Shown here piece by piece: positions 55,979 to 64,000 of a stretch of 64,000 nt of DNA. Numbering within the stretch: the stretch's first letter is position 1; the number at the start of each line of letters is the position of its first letter. This stretch comes from Dicyema japonicum. Its lineage: Eukaryota > Animalia > Dicyemida. The notes beneath the pieces are model-generated. The model saw only the letters and a list, made by a program, of their open reading frames with translations. It ran no database searches and was not told the DNA's origin. The DNA is taken from positions 407,225-471,224 of the forward strand of contig RDEW01000023.1 of NCBI GenBank assembly GCA_011109175.1. Direction: 5' to 3'. The position numbers and the translations under genes are program-made.

Positions 55979-57757
55979 ATGTTTCTTCGACGTCTAAGCA
56001 ATTCATTCCTTCATTCATACATGTGATTATTGAATTCTAATGATAAGGTCTTTTAGGAGATCACTATCGACATTTAAGTCGATTCCTATGGATGCTGATT
56101 ATCCAAACACAGTAGATGTTCCATTTCTGGCAAATTTAAATGAAATTGGAGAAACACAAATATATCAACTAAAATCCGGTATTACAGTGGGGACTCGTGA
56201 TATGAATCGTCCATTTTGTACAATTGGAGGTTCAATCTGGGTAACGTATTTTTAGTTGGAATATCTGCGGTAGTCGTAATGAAGTGGCTTACAAAAGCGG
56301 AATCATTCATTTTTTGGAAAAACTTGCATTTCACGTTGGTCTTATCAAATAATCGACAGTCTAGCAATAAATTTCCAAACAGAGACAATATTCTCTTTAC
56401 GCTAGAACAACATTGCAGCATATTTGACTGTCAGGCGACGAGGTATAGCAGATGAATTTCATAAATTAAGGGATATTATATTTTATGCAATTTCTTGTGA
56501 TAGACGTGGGCTTAGCACTATTACTAAACTTTTGGTGGATTCAGTTTTCTCCGAGAATTGAAGAAAGCGAAGTTGTATTTCATAATTGATTTGTAGATTG
56601 ACACTGCTCGAGAGACTGTGAAGGCCGATATTGACGGACATATTGACGTGAAGGGAATGGTTGAACAATATGTGATTGGTGATCTTTTCCATGCTGTATT
56701 ATCTTCTGTTCTAATTTAAGGCTGCTTATCCCCGGAATACACTTGGATTGCCGAATTTGTGTCCAGCGGAAAATTTTCCGTTAATTGATCGAACTGAGCT
56801 GGCCACATTCATTCATCACCACTACAAGCCAAAAAACATCGTCTTTTCTGGTATTTCGGTGAACCCTAATGAATTTGTGGACTGCATTGAAGAAGCTTAT
56901 GAATCTACTGTTCCTGGATTTATGGACTCTGTGTTATTTGACAGATTAGTGGATAGGTCACGTGCTCAGTACATCGGAGGCTTGTTCAAAGTTTTTTACT
57001 GTATATATAAGGTTGAAAAAGACATGAAGAAACTTTGTGTTGGCTCAATGCCACTTCCTGAACTTTGTCATGTTGCAATTGGTTTTGAGTCAGCATCTTA
57101 TTCAAATATGGCAGATTTTTACACTCCTTTTGTCCTTTGTTCCATATTAGGAGGTGGTGGTTCCTTTAGTGCTGGTGGGCCTGGAAAAGGTATGTTCACT
57201 CGCTTATATATGGATGTCATGAACAGGTTGTCGTTTTCCCTAATCCCAGATATCACTGGGTTTTCAATTCTACCGCCCACAACTTTGCATACAAGGATAC
57301 TGGATTTTGCATATATGCCAGTGCAGAACCAAAATATGTTTATTTCCTCTTTTTATAGTTTTTAGTTGTCCAGTCTGATTGAGGTTTTGATTCAGCAATT
57401 TAAGAATATTTTAAAACCCATTAATTCTGTTTTTGAGTATTTCTATTAGCCTAGGAAGAACTTTCTCGTGCAAAAACTCAACTAAAGTCAAAGATGCTGA
57501 TGAATTTGGAATCACAACCACTTTTTTTGGAGGACATGATTCGACAGATTATTGGGTTTGGTTACCAAAGGAATCATTTTGAGATATGTAATGCTATAGG
57601 TTTACTTAATTATGATTATTTAATAGATAATGTAACAGAAGAGGATATTCACAGAATCACGACGAAAATGCTAAAGACGAGACCTTCTGTGGCTGTTCTG
57701 GGAGATACTTCTCGGCTCCCGAAATATGAGAATATTTATTCTTCATTTAATTTGTAG
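55979..57757 (+). CDS. PMPCA: Mitochondrial-processing peptidase alpha subunit, 11 introns of 21-28 nt
   Basis: HFLEKLAF, NTLGLP, YIGG, LPELCHVAIGFE, GGGGSFSAGGPGKGMFTRLY, RAKTQLKS.MLMNLES. Confidence 0.95.
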
Positions 57758-57854
57758 TCAAATTTCAGTTTTAATTTGTTGATTTCAAAATAATTATTTA
57801 ATGGTTATTCGATGTGATGTTATATTATCGTATCCGATAATAACTATTGAAATT

Positions 57855-58155
57855 AGTTAGTTAGTAGTTAATGCACGTCCGGGTTGCCAGTAAGCAGTGT
57901 TTATGGTTTCGCTTGTGCTATGCCTTTTACATCCCTTTCGTCGTCTTGCTCGCCTCCTGATTTCGTCCAGATCGTCTGCATCCATCAATCGGCCTCCGAT
58001 CATAGCATAATCCTCCGCAAGTGTATTGGGAAGACAACCTTTTGGACGTCCTCTGAATGTAGAAAATTCAGTATGCCGAAAATTCTTAAAGTGTATTTCT
58101 ACACCCACCCGTAGAATATTTCCAAAGGGCGCCAACGGGCTTCAGGGATTTTGAA
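57855..58155 (-). mobile_element. RTE-like LINE 3' end
   Basis: ARW.FGNILR, RGRPKGCL; (ACTA)n tail. Confidence 0.7.
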
Positions 58156-61100
58156 AATGTTGTTAGCGTGGTGTCATGTGGCTCACCAGAAATGGTGTCA
58201 CCCATTCCAAAATGGAACGAAAAGAGCCAACAGCTTCTCCCCACCGTCCGGTGGTCCTTTCATCTCCTGTGTCTTCGACCCTGTCTGGTGTCCCCATTTA
58301 TCCAGACTTTTGATTCTTTTATGTGGAGACGTCGAAACCAATCCTGGTCCATGGAGAGGTTTTACAATTATACAACTGAATACGAATGGGATCAGGAAGA
58401 AAATCTTTGAACTCCGGGCACTCCTCCGCGAAAATGAGGCTGACCTCGCTTTAATACAGGAGTCCAAGCTATCTCTCCATACCAACACCCTCTTTTCCCG
58501 GATACACAGTGATCCGTAAAGATCGTCAGGGAGGACGCGGAGGAGGACTATTTACTATTTTAAAGAACGATATTCCTTTTATGGATACAACTCAACGAAC
58601 CTCAGAGCTTCTTGGCTCCGACAAGACTTTGGAGCAGATTACTGTCAAAATGGAGTTATTCCCGTCCTTTTGGATTCATTCGGCTAATTTATATATTCCT
58701 CTATAAGGATCGTGTCCGTCATCTTACACCCCTGATTTATCACGCATTTCAACATTGAAAAATCTACTGTTATGTGGGATCTTAATTCACGACATCAAGT
58801 TTGGCTCACTTACTATCCTCTGATAACAGAGGAGAACTCATTGCAAATTATCTTCCTGACCTGATTATACTGAACAACCCTAACTCACATACGAGGACCC
58901 CATTAAGGATAACTGATAGCTGCACATCCCCCAACTTAACATTATGCTCACCTTCTCTGGCTGGACTCATTTCCTGGAACGTTTTTTACGGCTTCTCCAG
59001 TGACCATAATCCAATCCTTCTAAAACTGAGAGGTCTTCGACGATACAGGAGACGTGCGGCGGAATCAAAAAGATTCAAGGATTATATGAAGGTTAACTGC
59101 TCTGGTTACAGTAACCTTGTGGATAAATTCTTGGCCCGGAGATTATCCTCCCAATACGCTCTATTAATGAGGCCGCAGAAATTATCAGCGCTGCCATTCA
59201 AAAAGTTGATCATAGTTTTATTTCTATATCGTCATACAAGAAGTTTATTCCTACCCTCAGCTCTTATACAATAAGTCTTATAAAACAAAGAGACCGGCTG
59301 AAGAGATGTCATATGTTGGACATGAAGTCTTTGACAGCCCTCAGACAACTGAATAAAAGGATCTGTCAGAGCATAAAAGAACACAAGGACAAGAGATGGA
59401 AGCATCTAGTTAACCACCTCGACAGGAAAAGTACATCCCGACATTTCTGGAAAACTCTTAAACAATTCAAGTCGAAGCTTGCAGACGGAACCGGAAAGTC
59501 TTCTCCTGAACACTTATGCCACCTACATCCTAACACCCTTATGAAACATTACGCTGGAATTAGCTTCAAACCATTCTCGAAACACCTGGACATTAAGGTG
59601 CGTGCCCATAAACCGAAAAAGGAACTTACCACGAACTATTCACAGATGACCAAGTCTTGGATGTGATCACCAGATTAAAGAGCTCACGGGCGTGCGGGCC
59701 TGACAAAGTATCTTCTATTCACCTAAAACACCTAAGCCACTACGCAATTGGCTACCTCATGCATATATACAACCTATCCATACAATACTGTCCATTAACT
59801 ATAATATTATTCCCAAGATTTGGAAGAATTCTATCATCAGACCGATATTGAAGGCTGGAAAACCAGAGACAGAACCTGCCTCCTACAGGCCTATTTCCGT
59901 TACCGGCACACTGTCAAAAATTATGGAGAAACTTGTATTATCAGTCATTATTCCGTATCTTCCACGTCTTATATTTCAACATGGTTTCCTCCGCGGTAGG
60001 TCCACCGCTACATACTTGGCAACCCTATCGCAGTTCATTGCCGACGGTTTTAACACCCATCCGCCTCACAAACGCACAATCTTGGTTTCTATTGACATCA
60101 ACAAAGCCTTTGACACTGTTTCGAGGAAAATCTTGGTTGGAAAAATATTTTCTACTAATATTCGTCCGAATGTGAAATTATGGCTGGCCAACTTTTTGTC
60201 TGGAAGACGTGGAAGAGTAGTCAGTGGTGATCTCAGATCTAGATCACGATTACTACCGAACGCGCGGGTACCCCAGGGGTCTCCACTTTCACCAATTCTA
60301 TTCAACCTTTTCCTACACGACCTACCTAATGATGGAGACGAAGATTCCCTGTTATTATCCTACGCAGACGACGTAGTCATTGCAATACGGAACCGCTCGA
60401 CGCAAGTCGCATCCCTTAAAACTCAGACAAAATTGAACACTCTCCACGATTGGATTGCTGGCAATCGACTTAACGATTTCTGCAACCAAGTCATCTGTTC
60501 CACATTCACGCGGACCGTCGTTCCAAGGATGAACGAGTCTTTTATTGGTCCCACTCGGATTCCAGTGACAAGGTCCCCCACTGTCCTTGAAGTCAAGTAC
60601 GACAGTCTTCTCAATTTCAACTCTCACGCAACAGACATGATCACCAGGGGCCTCCAGAAAGTTAACGTTATACGCGCTCTTGTTCGGAGGACCACGAGGA
60701 ACATGGACTTTTCCGTTTCTACCCTCTACCAACAAACAATCGCGCCTGCCATTGAGTATGCCTCTGTTGCATGGAGATTCGCGCTATCGGAGTCTATGGT
60801 CCAAAGAATCAACTCAATACACAGGAAAACAATCAGTATGCTTTGCCCACGTAATGGATCAACAGTCGACCCACTACTCATGGAAGCTAAGATCTGTAGT
60901 CGTGGCTCCGGATTTCTTCGCGTCTGTGAGGAAGATGGAAATCCGCTTCGCCTGATCCTTCCCATGACAAGAGAAAACCGATTGGATAAGAAATTCCCCT
61001 CCCCGATCGGATTCCTCTCCAAGACCGAGAGAAGGCTCTTCCGAAAGTAGTGGGGACGATGGAGATCACAGACGTCGAATGGCACAATTGATTGCGAGGA

Positions 61101-61170
61101 CTGGGATCACCTAACTGTTTGACTCTTTTGTCTTTCTTTCTCGGTGTTCCCGGGGTTATTTAAAAAATAC
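58156..61170 (+). mobile_element. Apparently full-length ~3 kb Ingi/Vingi-like LINE: leader-2A-APE-RT, no RNase H
   Basis: LLCGDVETNPGP, QLNTNG, IQESKL, SDHNP, YRPIS, QHGF, PQGSPLSP, YADD. Confidence 0.88.
58325..58351 (+). other. 2A-like ribosome-skipping motif GDVETNPGP
   Basis: Exact D(V/I)ExNPG-P consensus preceded by a Leu-rich stretch. Confidence 0.85.
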
Positions 61171-61184
61171 GTTCAGATGTCTCT

Positions 61185-62009
61185 CAGAACATTGGACAAC
61201 CAACGGTGACAACTCACCTCGATCGGAGGCGCTGTACACGTACATGCAAGACCGTATTATTTTTGGGGTCGATCAACAAATATATGTCCCCATTGTAAGT
61301 CAAGGAGCATGTCGGTTGATCATTTAGTCACTCGGTGCGGATCCATGCTCTGCCACGACTATGTGTGGAGGCATTACGAGGTAGTAAGGAGTCTTCATCT
61401 TCTATTATGCAATGAGTATGAAATTCTACACATCAAAAAGTTGCGACCTCATAAGGTACAATCTGTAGTGGAGAACACCAGGGTCAATATCAAGGTATAC
61501 AGTGTTATCCGTACCTCGGTGCTAGTCAAGCACAATAAACAGGACATTGTGGTACACGATAAGGAGTCTGGGCAAGTCCTTATCATAGAAGTTGTCATTA
61601 CGTCTCAAGACTGTTTGCAGACTGTGGAGGTGGAAAAAAAGGACTTGCTTTCAAACGAGATGGGGCAGATGCTTGGTTGCAAGGTCCATGTTATTCCAAT
61701 AGTAATGACGTGGGAAGGAATTGCAACAAAGTACCACATGGGTTATCTGAAACTGTTAAGGGTAGATAGGAAGCTCCAGGGCTATCTACAGTCAGTGTAT
61801 TAAAGCATACCCTAGAGAGCCTGACACTGGAGTATAGGAGGCAGAGCCCGGAGATGCCATATATGCAGAAGGCTCAATTGGACAAGGCGCTCTCGGAGTT
61901 GTTTCAGCAACCAGAATCGAACCTACCTGAGAAGGCTGGCGAGCAGGCAGGTGAGAAAAGTTGTTGATTATTAAATATTAACTTTTTTATTTTTGGTTAA
62001 TAAAGTGGG
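61185..62009 (+). mobile_element. Older 3' fragment of R4-like family A
   Basis: Matches 18806-19683 with substitutions; same AATAAAGTGGG terminus. Confidence 0.92.
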
Positions 62010-62378
62010 TTTAGGATCATAAAGTTAAATAAGTCAATTTTTAGATCAAAATTTCGACTTTATAAGTCAAAAAATCGTCCTGGTTATAATTTTCCTTTAG
62101 GCTTATAAAAATCGATATCTTTCCTAGTGATTGGATGCTTGTGTTTTTGCGCGTTCTAATAAACGAGATGGCTTCATCCGTTCCTTAGAAAATCCACACC
62201 ACATTGCAAACACAATTTTTTAAGTGGATTTTATGGATTTTTAATTAAACCCATAATATAAATGGTTCTCTTTATAATCCCTTATTTTAAACAGGTCCCA
62301 TCAAAAAGTTGCATGCTTTATTATTTAAATTATTTAGAATAAATTTATTTGTAAATATATCATAAAGGGTTATTTATT

Positions 62379-62640
62379 TAATAATTTGTCAAAATGCTTA
62401 ATAACTTTGTCATAAAGCTTAATAACTTTGTCAAATACTTAATAATTTTGTCAAAATGTTTAATAATTCGTCAAAATACTTAATAACTTTGTCAAAATGT
62501 TTAATAACTTTGTCAAAATATTTAATAACTTTGTCATAAAGTTTAATAACTTTGTCAAAATACTTAATAAATTTGTCAAAATGTTTAATAATTTGTCAAA
62601 ATACTTAATAATTTTGTAAAAATGTTTAATAACTTTGTAA
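62379..62640 (+). repeat. Tandem ~21-bp repeat TTAATAACTTTGTCAAAAT(G/A)(T/C), about 12 units
   Basis: Direct reading; inverted counterpart at 63900-64000. Confidence 0.92.
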
Positions 62641-62752
62641 AGATTATTATTTATATTTTTGAGATTATTATTTATATTTTGGGATTATTATTTATATTTT
62701 TGGGATCATTATTTATATTTATTGGATCATTATTTATATTTATTGGATTATT
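62641..62752 (+). repeat. Second tandem repeat GAT(T/C)ATTATTTATATTTT, about 5 units, upstream of the transposase
   Basis: Direct reading; followed by CTATAAATA about 30 bp before the ATG. Confidence 0.85.
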
Positions 62753-63899
62753 AAGTTCCTATAAATACAAATTTTAGCGCAAATTGAATTAAATGAATAG
62801 TTACAAAAACAAAAATACTACTCTATCCGAAGATAACCGAACACTTATTATAAATAAACATGAAGCAGGGTTGGCTTATTCAAAAATAAGCGAAGACATC
62901 TGTATTAACTATCAGACAGTTGTTTCTATCGTCAAAATCATACAAAAATACAGGAAGTTTTGCTTCAACAAAAAATAATTGTGGACGAAAAAAAAACTTA
63001 ATTCATCGGATATCTTATTTTTGACTAAAAAAATTGAAGAAGATGCTTCATTTTACTCTGAAGAATTTAAAAAATTCTTTATTTGATGTGCAAAGAAAAA
63101 TGTCTCTTTATCGACAATAAATAGGACGCTAGATACATTTGGATATAGTTTTAAAAAGATTCAATTTGTACCTATGGCGAGAAAATTCTACAATAAATAT
63201 GGAAGAAAGATATAGATTTGCCAGAAAAATAATTGAAATTGATAATCAACGACTTATTTTTATAGACGAAATGGGAGTCAATTGTTCGATGAGATCCAAA
63301 TTTGGAAGATCTATAAAAGGAGTTACTCCCGAAAAAATGTATTAGAAACATAAGAGAGAAAAATTTTTCTATTGTGCTGCTATTTCTGTGGACGGCCTTT
63401 TACATTACGAAATCAATTCCTCCCCTTATCGCGCAGAGAGACGTTCATTGATTTTGTAATGCAGCTTAATTATAAGCTTGAACATGCAGGGAAAAAAAGT
63501 ATGGTTATATATTATATTTAAGACATGGTATTGATATGTGACAATGCATCAATTTACAAGAGCGAGCAATTAAAAAATGTTGTATTCGGAACTGGTATCC
63601 AATTAATTTTTAACGTGTATAGGGTATGAATTGTATTTTTTGCCTCCTTATACTCCTCAACTCAATCCAATTGAAGAGTTTTTTTCTGTTTGGAAAAATA
63701 ACATCAAAAAGAAAAATTGTAGGAACTCTGAGGAATTAATAAACGCAATCCACAACATCGGAGAAATTCCATCAGATGTGTGCAATAATTTGTATAGCCA
63801 CATGCGGAGCTATTTAGTTAAAGCATTGGCTTATGAAGAATTTTAATTTATAGTTGTTTTTTCAATTAATTATAAAATTGGTTTCTTTTAATTTGACCC

Positions 63900-64000
63900 T
63901 TGACAAAGTTATTAAACATTTTGACAAAGTTATTAAATTTTGACAAATTTATTAAGTATTTTGACAATTATTAAAATTTTGACAAATATTAAATTTTTGA
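63900..64000 (-). repeat. Inverted copy of the 21-bp array
   Basis: TTGACAAAGTTATTAAA units. Confidence 0.9.

Larger units (their letters stand above)
62370..64000 (+). mobile_element. IS630/Tc1-superfamily DD34E transposon with repeat-built long inverted ends; transposase 62793-63846 with two micro-introns
   Basis: HTH N-terminus, IFIDEMG, ICDNAS, FLPPYTPQLNPIE; right end runs off the window. Confidence 0.88.

Noticed and set aside
62379-62752. CRISPR-like array
   Set aside because: Units are contiguous with no unique spacers, the context is eukaryotic, and the array is mirrored at the other transposon end

Overview
AT-rich eukaryotic DNA from an animal with extremely short spliceosomal introns (21-33 nt, GT-AG, almost no donor consensus beyond GT). 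A GCM transcription factor places it in Metazoa, and the intron size best fits a dicyemid mesozoan (inference). Host genes, mostly reconstructed by hand across micro-introns: intronless casein kinase 1 alpha-like, GALNT7-like, divergent GCM, a 112-aa proline-rich WIP-like gene missed by the ORF track, a TIR-SAM-TIR-TIR gene, ALDH4A1 and PMPCA. Most of the rest is nested transposons. These include two R4/Dong-like RLE retrotransposon families (FIDD motif, ~17-bp TSDs, inserted next to gene starts), Ingi/Vingi-like LINEs with a 2A ribosome-skip motif, RTE-, CRE- and Jockey-like LINEs, a tRNA-headed SINE family, hAT and pogo relics, a Ginger-like integrase derivative and a DD34E transposon. The last two carry host-type micro-introns. 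Many apparent frameshifts are single-base losses in homopolymers and are probably assembly errors. Boundaries of decayed elements are approximate, and family assignments come from motif recognition, not database searches.
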